From positions 91,818 to 155,817 of the forward strand of contig CAWFQV010000004.1 in the NCBI GenBank assembly GCA_963818085.1: DNA of 64,000 nucleotides, given 5' to 3'. The position numbers and the translations under genes are program-made. Source of the stretch: an uncultured Acidobacteriota bacterium. Its GTDB lineage: Bacteria; Acidobacteriota; Terriglobia; Acidiferrales; UBA7541. The notes below the pieces were generated by a model. That model searched no databases. It was given only the letters and a program-made list of their open reading frames with translations, and was not told the DNA's origin. How positions within the stretch are numbered: the first letter of the stretch is position 1; every line of letters starts with the position of its first letter. Positions 1 to 7,889 of the stretch are shown here, one piece after another.

Positions 1-268
1 AGTCGCCCGTATCTGACAATTGGAGCGCCGGCCCCCCAATCGCCATAGGAGCGTCCGCTCCTTTCGCCTCCATTTCATCCGGCGCAAGTTGATGGCGTAA
101 CACGGAAAGAGAAGTGTCGTGGCGGTCCTGCAGCATGAGGTTGACCGCACTGATGAAACAGAAGGAGTTACAATTTTGCCGCGTCGCGGCAAAGAAATTG
201 ACTCGTCGGCGACTGCGGAATAGCATGGTTGCGAATTCTAATGAGCAAAAAAACCTGGGGAGAATGAA

Positions 269-1414
269 ATGAAAATGTTGCGGGCATTGTTTTTCGGGAG
301 CATGGCAGCGATCCTTTGTGCGGTGGCACTGTCGGCAGTGTCGGCGCTGGTGGTGGTGACGAAGACGCACGCGGCGGCGGCGCTTCGGTCCACAGCGGAA
401 ACGCGTAACGCCGCGACGGGAACTGCTGTATCCGCGGCGTCGCGGACGCCGGGGCCATCGGGCTACCATCTGCTGAAGAAAATTCCGCTGGGCGGCGAAG
501 GTTTCTGGGACTACATCACCTTTGATCCGGCCACTCGGCGCCTTTATATTTCGCGTGGCACGAAAGTTGTCGTGCTCGAAGTGGATTCCGGAAAAGTTGC
601 CGGCGAAATTCCGAATACAGAAGGAGTTCACGGAATCGCGCTCGCTCCGGAGTTCAATCGCGGCTTCACCTCGAATGGCCGCGCCGGCACCGTCACAATT
701 TTCGATCTGAAAACTCTGCAAGTTATTGGCAGCGCGCAGGCGGGCACGAATCCTGACGCCATCGTTTACGACCCCTCCTCAAAGCGCGTTTTCGCCATGA
801 ATGGCCGCAGCAAGAACGCCACCGCTATCGACGCAGCCACCGGAAAAGTGGTGGGCACCATTCCGGTTGACGGCAAACCTGAGTTTGCCGTGGCTGATGG
901 CGCGGGACACCTGTACCTAAACATTGAGGACAAAAGTGAAGAGCAGCAAATCGATTCGCAGAGTCTGAAGGTGACGGCCACGTGGCCGCTGGCGCCGTGC
1001 AAAGAGCCGTCCGGGCTGGCCATGGACATCGCGCACCGGCGCTTGTTCGCGGGCTGCGACAACAAGATGATGGCGGTGATCGACGCCGACTCAGGCAAGG
1101 TGGTTGCGACTCCCGAGATCGGCGAAGGAGTGGACGCGGACGCTTTCGACCCAGAACTCCAGTACGCGTATGCATCCAATGGCGAGAGCGGGACGCTTAC
1201 CGTAGTCCACGAAGATACGCCGGACAAATCTTCCGTGGTGGACAATGTGCCGACGCAGACGCACGCGCGCACCATGGCGCTGGACCCCAAGACGCACCAG
1301 GTGTTCCTGGTGACAGCGGACTTTGGTCCGGCTCCGGCTGCTACGCCGGACAACGCGCATCCCCGTCCGACGATGGTGAAGGATTCGTTTGTGGTCTTGA
1401 TATTCGGCAGATAG
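269..1414 (+). CDS. secreted YVTN/YncE-like beta-propeller repeat protein
   Basis: 381-aa ORF with a hydrophobic N-terminal signal-like segment (MKMLRALFFGSMAAILCAVALSAV...). It is followed by reiterated ~40-aa units (e.g. 'GVHGIALAPEFNRGFTSN', 'NPDAIVYDPSSKRVFAMN', 'KPEFAVADGAGHLYLN', 'EPSGLAMDIAHRRLFAG') typical of YVTN-type propellers. Confidence 0.75.
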   Translation: MKMLRALFFGSMAAILCAVALSAVSALVVVTKTHAAAALRSTAETRNAATGTAVSAASRTPGPSGYHLLKKIPLGGEGFWDYITFDPATRRLYISRGTKVVVLEVDSGKVAGEIPNTEGVHGIALAPEFNRGFTSNGRAGTVTIFDLKTLQVIGSAQAGTNPDAIVYDPSSKRVFAMNGRSKNATAIDAATGKVVGTIPVDGKPEFAVADGAGHLYLNIEDKSEEQQIDSQSLKVTATWPLAPCKEPSGLAMDIAHRRLFAGCDNKMMAVIDADSGKVVATPEIGEGVDADAFDPELQYAYASNGESGTLTVVHEDTPDKSSVVDNVPTQTHARTMALDPKTHQVFLVTADFGPAPAATPDNAHPRPTMVKDSFVVLIFGR

Positions 1415-1434
1415 TCGCGAAACACTTTTTCAAT

Positions 1435-2628
1435 CTATAAAATTTGGTGGGTTGATTTTGCGGAGCCGACCGATAGGGGAACCTGGTCGGCGATTTCGAG
1501 TCCGTAGCCTTCGAGCGCAACCACTTTGCGCGGATGATTTGTTAGCACGCGGATGCGGCGCAGTCCCAGGTCGATCAAGATCTGGGCGCCTATGCCGCTT
1601 TCGCGCTGTACCAGACGCTGCCTGCCCAAATCCTGATCGAGTTCTTCGCGCTGGTGAAAGCGGATGCGCGGAAGTTCGTTGCTGTCCGGCTGGCGCGAAT
1701 CGATTTGAAACCCCCGCCCGGTATGATGCAAATAAACGAAGACGCCGCGCTCCGCTTGCGCGATGGCTGCGAGCGAGCGGTCAATGATAGCGTGGCAATC
1801 GCACGCCGTGGAACCGAAGACGTCGCCGGTTAGGCAATGCGAGTGGACGCGCACGAGAGGCGGCCCGCCTGCTGCGTCGCCGGAAACGTCGCCGCGAACA
1901 AGCGCGACGTGCAGCTCATGGTCCACGTCGCTGGAATACGCAATCATGCGGAAATTTCCGTGCGGCGTGGGCAGAATCGATTCGGCGATACGGCGAACGT
2001 AACGCTCGTGCCGCATGCGGTAGCGAATCAGGTCGGCCACGGTGAGCAGCTTCATATTGTGCAGGCGGCAAAATTCGGTGAGGTCGGGCATGCGCGCCAT
2101 GGTGCCATCATCATTCATGATTTCGCAGATGACGCCGGAATGATCGAGGCCGGTCAGGCGGGCGAGGTCCACGGAAGCTTCGGTTTGTCCGGCGCGAACA
2201 AGCACTCCGCCATTGCGCGCGCGAAGAGTGTGCACGTGTCCGGGGCGCGCGAGATCTTCGGGGCGCGTGTTGGGATCGGTGGTGGCTAAAATTGTGGTGG
2301 CGCGGTCGGAGGCGCTCGTTCCGGTGGTAGTGCCGCGACGCGCGTCGATTGGTTCACAGAAGGGCGTGCCGAACGCGGAAGTATTTCGAGGCGTGATGGC
2401 GGTAAGATTCAACGCATCGCAGCGCTGCTCGGTGAGCGCCAGACAAATCAGGCCACGTCCAAATTTGGTCATGAAGTTGATGGCTTCCGGCGTGACTTTT
2501 TCGGCGGCCATGGCCAGGTCGCCTTCGTTTTCACGGTCTTCGTCGTCCACCAAAACGATCATGCGGCCGGCGCGGATTTCCTCCAGCGCTTCTTCGACGG
2601 TTGCGAATGGCTGCTTGCAGTCGATCAT
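1435..2628 (-). CDS. ribBA: bifunctional 3,4-dihydroxy-2-butanone-4-phosphate synthase / GTP cyclohydrolase II
   Basis: 397-aa ORF. The N-terminal half is DHBP synthase ('VLVDDEDRENEGDLAMAAE', 'HSGVICEIMNDDG'). The C-terminal half is GTP cyclohydrolase II with the zinc motif 'HSHCLTGDVFGSTACDC'. Confidence 0.95.
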   Translation of the reverse strand: MIDCKQPFATVEEALEEIRAGRMIVLVDDEDRENEGDLAMAAEKVTPEAINFMTKFGRGLICLALTEQRCDALNLTAITPRNTSAFGTPFCEPIDARRGTTTGTSASDRATTILATTDPNTRPEDLARPGHVHTLRARNGGVLVRAGQTEASVDLARLTGLDHSGVICEIMNDDGTMARMPDLTEFCRLHNMKLLTVADLIRYRMRHERYVRRIAESILPTPHGNFRMIAYSSDVDHELHVALVRGDVSGDAAGGPPLVRVHSHCLTGDVFGSTACDCHAIIDRSLAAIAQAERGVFVYLHHTGRGFQIDSRQPDSNELPRIRFHQREELDQDLGRQRLVQRESGIGAQILIDLGLRRIRVLTNHPRKVVALEGYGLEIADQVPLSVGSAKSTHQIL

Positions 2629-2929
2629 TGGATTCCACTCATTTCTTGACTCATTTTAGCGCGCTCAGGCGTTTCAAGATGGTCAATTCTAGTTTCGGCC
2701 TGTAACGCAAGTCCTGCAAGAGGGTTTGCACGAGTTTCGCTCCTAAACTCTGCTGAACTTAGCGCAAATACTCTTCCGAACTTCCTATTCATTAAGTTGC
2801 CGTCCTATCTAAGCTTATCAGCCTATCAACAGGCAGGCATGGCCCGCAATGGTCCATTGCGGAACGAACCGTCGCGGAACCGCGAGTTCCTATGCCGGCT
2901 GTTAAGATCGGAAGCCAGAAACTGAAGAT

Positions 2930-3397
2930 TCAGAACCAGGTTTTGCTGCGGTATTGGCGGTAGGCGTCGCCGAATTTTGCTTCCAGGACGCGGGATTCGT
3001 TGCGCGCGCGCCAGACCTGAACAAGACTTACGGCCACCAGAAGCACCAGCCCCCTCCAATCAATCGATAAATAGAGCAACATTCCCACAATAAATCCCGT
3101 ACCGAAAATGTAGATGGGATTGCGGATTTTGGAGTAAATGCCAGTGGTCACCAAGCCGCGCGCTTCCGCTCGCACAGTGAAAAACTCCCGGACTTGCAGT
3201 CGCGCAGTCAGCCAGCCAACATATGAGGCGGCAATCAATGCGGCTCCTGCGATGTGTTTGGGAGTCCAGGGGCCGTCCTTCCTAATATAAAGCAAGAAGA
3301 GGACGCCGCAAGATGTTGCGAAAATTTCCAAGTCGGATTTGCGCAATTTCATGGGTGCTACGGCCTGAACCCCCTCCTCGATGGAACATACTCTCAC
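2930..3397 (-). CDS. ICMT/PEMT-family membrane methyltransferase
   Basis: 155-aa ORF starting at GTG 3397 (alternative ATG 3352). Several hydrophobic helices. C-terminal family motif 'GIYSKIRNPIYIFG...ESRVLEAKFGDAYRQYRSKT'. Confidence 0.7.
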   Translation of the reverse strand: MRVCSIEEGVQAVAPMKLRKSDLEIFATSCGVLFLLYIRKDGPWTPKHIAGAALIAASYVGWLTARLQVREFFTVRAEARGLVTTGIYSKIRNPIYIFGTGFIVGMLLYLSIDWRGLVLLVAVSLVQVWRARNESRVLEAKFGDAYRQYRSKTWF

Positions 3398-3419
3398 ACG
3401 GCAGGAAAGAAAAGGCAGA

Positions 3420-3476
3420 AGCAGGTCGCTCGTCGGTCAAAAATCGGCCTCTGTCGGGATGACAACGTGAGAAGAG
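3420..3476 (+). repeat. intergenic repeat, copy A (57 nt)
   Basis: AGCAGGTCGCTCGTCGGTCAAAAATCGGCCTCTGTCGGGATGACAACGTGAGAAGAG. It matches copy B (5182-5238) at 45 of 57 ungapped positions in the same orientation. Confidence 0.7.
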
Positions 3477-3575
3477 ATGTTTTTCGGTTCGGGAACTTCG
3501 CGGGCGTTATTGACGTTTCATCTAGGCAGATTGAAGGAGACGTCTTTGGGAGATTTAGCGAGTCGGGAGGGACTG

Positions 3576-5135
3576 ATGGTACGGAAACTTTGGTTCGCAA
3601 TTTCGGCGACAGCGATGGGCGCGGTCTTGATAGGAGCGGCTGTCATGGGCGCGACGCCGAGGGCGCACTCCTCGGAGAGTGCGATGCCAGAGCACGACAG
3701 TGCCACCGCTACAAGGCGAGCGAACGAGAATACCACTGCGGTAAAGCGGCTGGATGGCAGTGCCATCACGGCTGCGGAAATTGATGAGACCGTTACGACG
3801 GTGATGAAGGCAGCGGAGGTGCCCGCAGCGGGGATCGTCATCATCAATGGCGGGAAGATTGTGTTCGCGAAGGGCTATGGGCTGCGCGACAAGGAAAAAA
3901 ATCTTGCCTTGACGGAAAACACGGTGATGAGCGGCGCGTCGTTCACCAAGGTGGTGTTCGCGTATCTGGCGATGAAGCTGGTGGACAAAGGCGCGCTGGA
4001 CCTGGACAAGCCGGTCTATGAATATCTGCCCAAGCCGCTGCCGGAATACGAGGCGTATCAAGCTTTGGCGGGTGACGAGCGCTACAAATTGATCACGGCG
4101 CGCATGCTGTTGGACCACACCAGCGGTTTTCCGAATTGGCGCTGGATCAATGACGACCGCAAGTTGAACATAAATTTTCAGCCGGGGTCGCGTTTTGCGT
4201 ATTCGGGCGAGGGAATCAACCTGTTGCAAATGGTGGTGGAGACAATTACGAAGAGGCCGTTGCAGGAATTGATGGAGGAAGATATTTTTCAGCCGCTGGG
4301 GATGACGCGCAGCAGCATGGTTTGGGAAGCGCGATTTGAGGACGACTACGCGAACGGCTACGACGAGTATGGGCGCTCGTTGGGGCCGCTCAGGTGGAAA
4401 CACGCGGACGCGGCGGGGTCGCTTTTGACTACGCCGCGGGATTTCGCGCGCTTCGTTCAGGCAATTTTGGAAGGCCAGGGATTGCGTACACGTGCTTGGG
4501 GCCGCATGCTCAGCGCGCAAATTCAGATTCTGGCCAAGCATGAATTTCCCACCATGGAAAATCAGCCCACGGACGAAAATAGACCCATTCGGCTGAGTTA
4601 TGGGCTGGGATGGGGACTTTACTGGTCGCCGCGCGGCGAAGCGTTTTTCAAAGAAGGGCACGACGACGGCTGGCGCAACTACTGCGTGGGTTTCAGGATG
4701 CCGAAGGACGGCATGGTCATCATGACCAACAGCGGAAACGGCGAAGGGATTTACAAGGAGCTGCTGGAAAAATTGCTCGCCGATACGTACACGCCGATTG
4801 AGTGGGAACGATTTACGCCGTACGATCAGTTGCCGCCGCGTCCGCCGCTGAAGCAGCACACTAAAGTGAGCGTCGATTCGCAAACGCTGGAAAAATATGT
4901 GGGGCGGTATGGGACATGGCCGAAGCTAATTCTCGTTGTGCGGCATGAAGGCGACCACCTCACCGTGCAGGAAAATGATGAGCCGGTGCAGGAGTTGAAC
5001 CCCGAAAGCGCAACGCAGTTTTTTTCTACGGTCGCCGATGATGTGTTCACGTTTGAAACGGATTCGAGCGGCAAGGTGACGCGCATAGTTCTGCGCTCGG
5101 GAGAGGAAACCATTCCGATCAACCGCATCGACTAA
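3576..5135 (+). CDS. serine hydrolase (class C beta-lactamase / DD-peptidase fold) with C-terminal DUF3471-like domain
   Basis: ORF 3477-5135. I prefer ATG 3576 because it is preceded by GGGAGG 5 nt upstream and gives a signal-like N-terminus (MVRKLWFAISATAMGAVLIGAAVMG). It has the S-x-x-K motif 'SFTK', 'YSGEG' and 'HTSGFPNW'. The last ~110 aa ('LEKYVGRYG...LTVQENDEP..') resemble the accessory domain common in this family. Confidence 0.85.
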   Translation: MVRKLWFAISATAMGAVLIGAAVMGATPRAHSSESAMPEHDSATATRRANENTTAVKRLDGSAITAAEIDETVTTVMKAAEVPAAGIVIINGGKIVFAKGYGLRDKEKNLALTENTVMSGASFTKVVFAYLAMKLVDKGALDLDKPVYEYLPKPLPEYEAYQALAGDERYKLITARMLLDHTSGFPNWRWINDDRKLNINFQPGSRFAYSGEGINLLQMVVETITKRPLQELMEEDIFQPLGMTRSSMVWEARFEDDYANGYDEYGRSLGPLRWKHADAAGSLLTTPRDFARFVQAILEGQGLRTRAWGRMLSAQIQILAKHEFPTMENQPTDENRPIRLSYGLGWGLYWSPRGEAFFKEGHDDGWRNYCVGFRMPKDGMVIMTNSGNGEGIYKELLEKLLADTYTPIEWERFTPYDQLPPRPPLKQHTKVSVDSQTLEKYVGRYGTWPKLILVVRHEGDHLTVQENDEPVQELNPESATQFFSTVADDVFTFETDSSGKVTRIVLRSGEETIPINRID

Positions 5136-5181
5136 AATGTGAAGATGGTTGGACGACTGCGAAGGGTGTGTTGAAGCGAAC

Positions 5182-5238
5182 AGCAGGTTCCTCGTCGGCC
5201 AAGGATCGTCCTCTGTGGGAATGACAACCTAAGAAAAA
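5182..5238 (+). repeat. intergenic repeat, copy B (57 nt)
   Basis: AGCAGGTTCCTCGTCGGCCAAGGATCGTCCTCTGTGGGAATGACAACCTAAGAAAAA. See copy A. Confidence 0.7.
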
Positions 5239-5360
5239 AGCACAACAGAAAACCAGGCAAAATGTCGGACTGGCCTTCGGTCTTCGAGACCACTGCTCGT
5301 GATAAATCGGAGTATACTGCGGGCAAAGTTTTCCGATTCGCGCGCGGAAGAGTTGAACAA

Positions 5361-5855
5361 ATGGGGACGAAACAGATTAACGTGCAGAGGTTTAGTGTTA
5401 CTTCTTCCAAGAAATTTGAGGACGTAATCGCGAAGCTTGCAGCGGCCGTTGGTCATCCGGATATACGCGCGATGTTTAAGAACATTAGCGTGGCCAAAAC
5501 ATATGCGGAAGTGGAAAAGATAGTTCAGGAGGGGTTGGGGCCGATGGGCCTGATGGAGTTTATGCGGTTCGATCATGGCGACGTGCTGCGGAAAGACCAC
5601 GGAGAGAAGGCGCCGAAGGTTTTTCGGTTTTTGATGGGAAATCCGCTGATCATGAAAAAAATGGTCGAGCATGTTCCGGATGCGGGGTCGTACGCACCGG
5701 TGACGATTCTGGTGGATGAGCGGGCGGACGGCGTGCACATTTGTTACGACACCATGGTGAGTTTTCTGGCGCCGTATGGAAACGCCGAAGCGCTGAAGGT
5801 TGCGAAGGATCTGGACGCGAAGGTGGAGGCACTGTTAAACGAGGCCGCGAAGTGA
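5361..5855 (+). CDS. DUF302 domain protein
   Basis: ORF 5262-5855. ATG 5361 gives a ~164-aa product of the usual DUF302 size. Recognised from 'FEDVIAKL...GLMEFMRFDHGDVL...FLMGNPLIMKKMV...APVTILV' by memory of the family. Confidence 0.6.
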   Translation: MGTKQINVQRFSVTSSKKFEDVIAKLAAAVGHPDIRAMFKNISVAKTYAEVEKIVQEGLGPMGLMEFMRFDHGDVLRKDHGEKAPKVFRFLMGNPLIMKKMVEHVPDAGSYAPVTILVDERADGVHICYDTMVSFLAPYGNAEALKVAKDLDAKVEALLNEAAK

Positions 5856-5900
5856 AATCAACTAATTGGCACAACCGATAATTCAAAAGGAGATTGCTCG

Positions 5901-6368
5901 ATGGCTGGGGTGCTGCTGTTCGCGTTTCTGATCGGCGTGATTGCTGGACTGCGATCGCTGACAGCGCCTGCTGCGATGGCCTGGGCGGCGTACGGGCGCG
6001 GGATCCTGACTCACACATCATTTTCTTTTATGGGCTCGCTTGCGGCTGCGATCATTTTTACGGTGCTAGCCGTTGTGGAGTTGATAACCGATCTACTTCC
6101 GTCCACTCCCAGCCGCTTGAAGCCGCCGGGACTGATCGCTCGCATCGTCACCGGAGGATTATCGGGCTCATGTCTTGCGGCGGCGGACGCGCAATCGATT
6201 GCATTGGGCGCTGCGTTGGGCGCGGTGGGTGGCGTAGTTGGCGCGTTCGTGGGCTACCACGCTCGCCGGGGGCTGGTTCAGACTTTGAAAGTTCCAGACT
6301 TGGCCATCGCGCTGTTCGAAGATGCTGTGGCGATCGGCGGCGCGATTTTTATCGTCTCGCGCTTTTAA
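5901..6368 (+). CDS. DUF4126-like integral membrane protein
   Basis: 155-aa ORF with about four hydrophobic helices, Gly/Ala-rich ('MAGVLLFAFLIGVIAGLRSLTAPAAMAW...'). GGAGA lies 8 nt upstream of the ATG. Confidence 0.6.
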   Translation: MAGVLLFAFLIGVIAGLRSLTAPAAMAWAAYGRGILTHTSFSFMGSLAAAIIFTVLAVVELITDLLPSTPSRLKPPGLIARIVTGGLSGSCLAAADAQSIALGAALGAVGGVVGAFVGYHARRGLVQTLKVPDLAIALFEDAVAIGGAIFIVSRF

Positions 6369-6429
6369 GCGCGCTTTCGGCGTGTAACTCCATGCTACGG
6401 AATATTTCTAGCCTCGAGGTATTTTTCTG

Positions 6430-7821
6430 ATGAATCCTTCCGACCAATTTCAAGCTATCGTGATCGGCTCCGGCCAGGGCGGCAATCCGTTGTGTGTGTC
6501 GTTGGCGCAGGTCGGCTTTCGCACGGCGCTGATTGAGCGCAAGTTCGTTGGCGGGACCTGCGTGAACTATGGATGCACGCCGACGAAAGCCATGGTGGCC
6601 AGCGCGCACGTCGCTTATCTGGCGCGGCGAGGTGCTGACTACGGCGTTCAACCCGGAGAGATTCGCGTGGACATGGCGCGCGTGCGGCAGCGAAAACGCG
6701 AGATCGTCGAGAGCTTTCGCACCGGGAGCGAAGGACGCTTTAAGAACCTTGCAAACTTCGAGCTAATTTTCGGCGAGGCTAGTTTTTCGGGCGCGAAGAC
6801 CGTACGCGTGCGACTGAGAGCAGGAGGAGTCCGCGAACTTACGGGCGAGAACATTTTTATCGATGCGGGGACGCGGCCGACTGTGCCCGCGATTGATGGA
6901 CTGAAGGACGTGCCGTTTCTGGACAGCACCTCGATCATGGAATTGGATTCAGTGCCGGAACATTTGATAGTCCTGGGAGGGGGCTACGTTGGGCTGGAGT
7001 TTGGGCAGATGTTTCGACGGTTCAGCAGTCGCGTGACGATCGTGCAGGCGGGCCCGCAATTGCTGAAGGGTGAGGACGCGGACGTAGCTGCTGCCGTCGC
7101 GGAAATTTTACGGCAAGAGGGCGTCTCCGTGCTACTGAACACGAAGGCGACCGGAGTGACCAAGACGGGAGCGCGGATTCAAGTGACGGTTCGTACCGGG
7201 GAAGAATTGCGCGTCCTGGACGGCTCGCATTTGCTAGCAGCCACAGGTCGCACGCCGAACACGGATTCTTTGAATTTGGCGGCTGCGGGTATCGCCATGG
7301 ACAAGCGCGGGTTTATTCTAGTGAATGCGAAACTGGAGACCAACGTGTCGGGAATTTACGCGTTGGGAGACATCAACGGCGGGCCAGCGTTTACGCACAT
7401 TTCTTACGACGATTTTCGTATTTTGCGGACGAACCTGATCGAGAAGGGGAATGCGTCAACGGAAGGTCGGCTGGTGCCCTACACGCTATACATCGATCCG
7501 CAGCTCGGGCGCATTGGCCTGACCGAAGAGCGGGCTCGCGCGCAAAATAAAAAAGTGCGAGTGGCCAGAATGCCGATGACTTCAGTGGCGCGCGCCACGG
7601 AAACAGGCGAGACCCGCGGGTTTATGAAGGCTATCGTGGATGCGGGCAGCGGCCAAATTTTAGGCGCGGCTGTGTTGGGAATTGAAGGCGGAGAAATTAT
7701 GTCGATGTTGGAACTTGCGATGATGGGCAAGCTGACTCACACAGTCCTGCACGACGCTATTTTTGCGCATCCGACGTTGGCCGAATCGCTGAACAACCTA
7801 TTTTTACATTTCGATTCGTAG
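6430..7821 (+). CDS. FAD-dependent pyridine nucleotide-disulfide oxidoreductase (MerA/Lpd-like, function unassigned)
   Basis: 463-aa ORF. FAD-binding 'VIGSGQGG', redox-active disulfide 'GGTCVNYGCTPTK', NAD(P) motif 'VLGGGYVGLE', and a C-terminal dimerisation region 'HPTLAE'. It lacks both an N-terminal HMA domain and a C-terminal Cys-Cys pair, so I do not call it merA. Confidence 0.85.
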   Translation: MNPSDQFQAIVIGSGQGGNPLCVSLAQVGFRTALIERKFVGGTCVNYGCTPTKAMVASAHVAYLARRGADYGVQPGEIRVDMARVRQRKREIVESFRTGSEGRFKNLANFELIFGEASFSGAKTVRVRLRAGGVRELTGENIFIDAGTRPTVPAIDGLKDVPFLDSTSIMELDSVPEHLIVLGGGYVGLEFGQMFRRFSSRVTIVQAGPQLLKGEDADVAAAVAEILRQEGVSVLLNTKATGVTKTGARIQVTVRTGEELRVLDGSHLLAATGRTPNTDSLNLAAAGIAMDKRGFILVNAKLETNVSGIYALGDINGGPAFTHISYDDFRILRTNLIEKGNASTEGRLVPYTLYIDPQLGRIGLTEERARAQNKKVRVARMPMTSVARATETGETRGFMKAIVDAGSGQILGAAVLGIEGGEIMSMLELAMMGKLTHTVLHDAIFAHPTLAESLNNLFLHFDS

Positions 7822-7889
7822 ACCCAAAAAACCTGCAAGTGCTCGGAGCGGGAATCAGCGACGCATAGGATCGATCCGGTTTCCTGTCT

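Noticed and set aside
1-136. Open minus-strand frame from ATG 136 running off the left edge (MLQDRHDTSLSVLRHQLAPDEMEAKGADAP...).
   Set aside because: Only 45 codons are visible, there is no SD and I recognise no motif. It may be a real gene start, but it cannot be supported from this window.
168-458. 96-codon minus-strand ORF overlapping the start of the YncE-like gene.
   Set aside because: It is a Pro/Ser/Ala-rich translation lying antisense to a signal-peptide-encoding region, and I recognise no motif.
2775-2912. Possible FMN riboswitch upstream of ribBA: a CUUCCG...CGGAAG P1-like pairing, 'GCGACGGU' and 'GGACGGCAAC...AAUAGGAAG'.
   Set aside because: The highly conserved RFN cores are absent or badly mismatched, and the resemblance is at the level of a few short words. 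I kept it only as an open question in the findings.
3555-4883. 442-codon antisense ORF covering the serine-hydrolase gene.
   Set aside because: It is a typical mirror-frame open run in GC-rich coding DNA. The product is Arg/His/Pro/Gln-rich and has no recognisable domain. The sense frame has catalytic motifs and a signal peptide.
6430-7821. Calling this gene mercuric reductase (merA).
   Set aside because: It has the class I disulfide reductase core. It lacks the N-terminal HMA domain and the C-terminal vicinal cysteines, and there are no merR, merT or merP neighbours.
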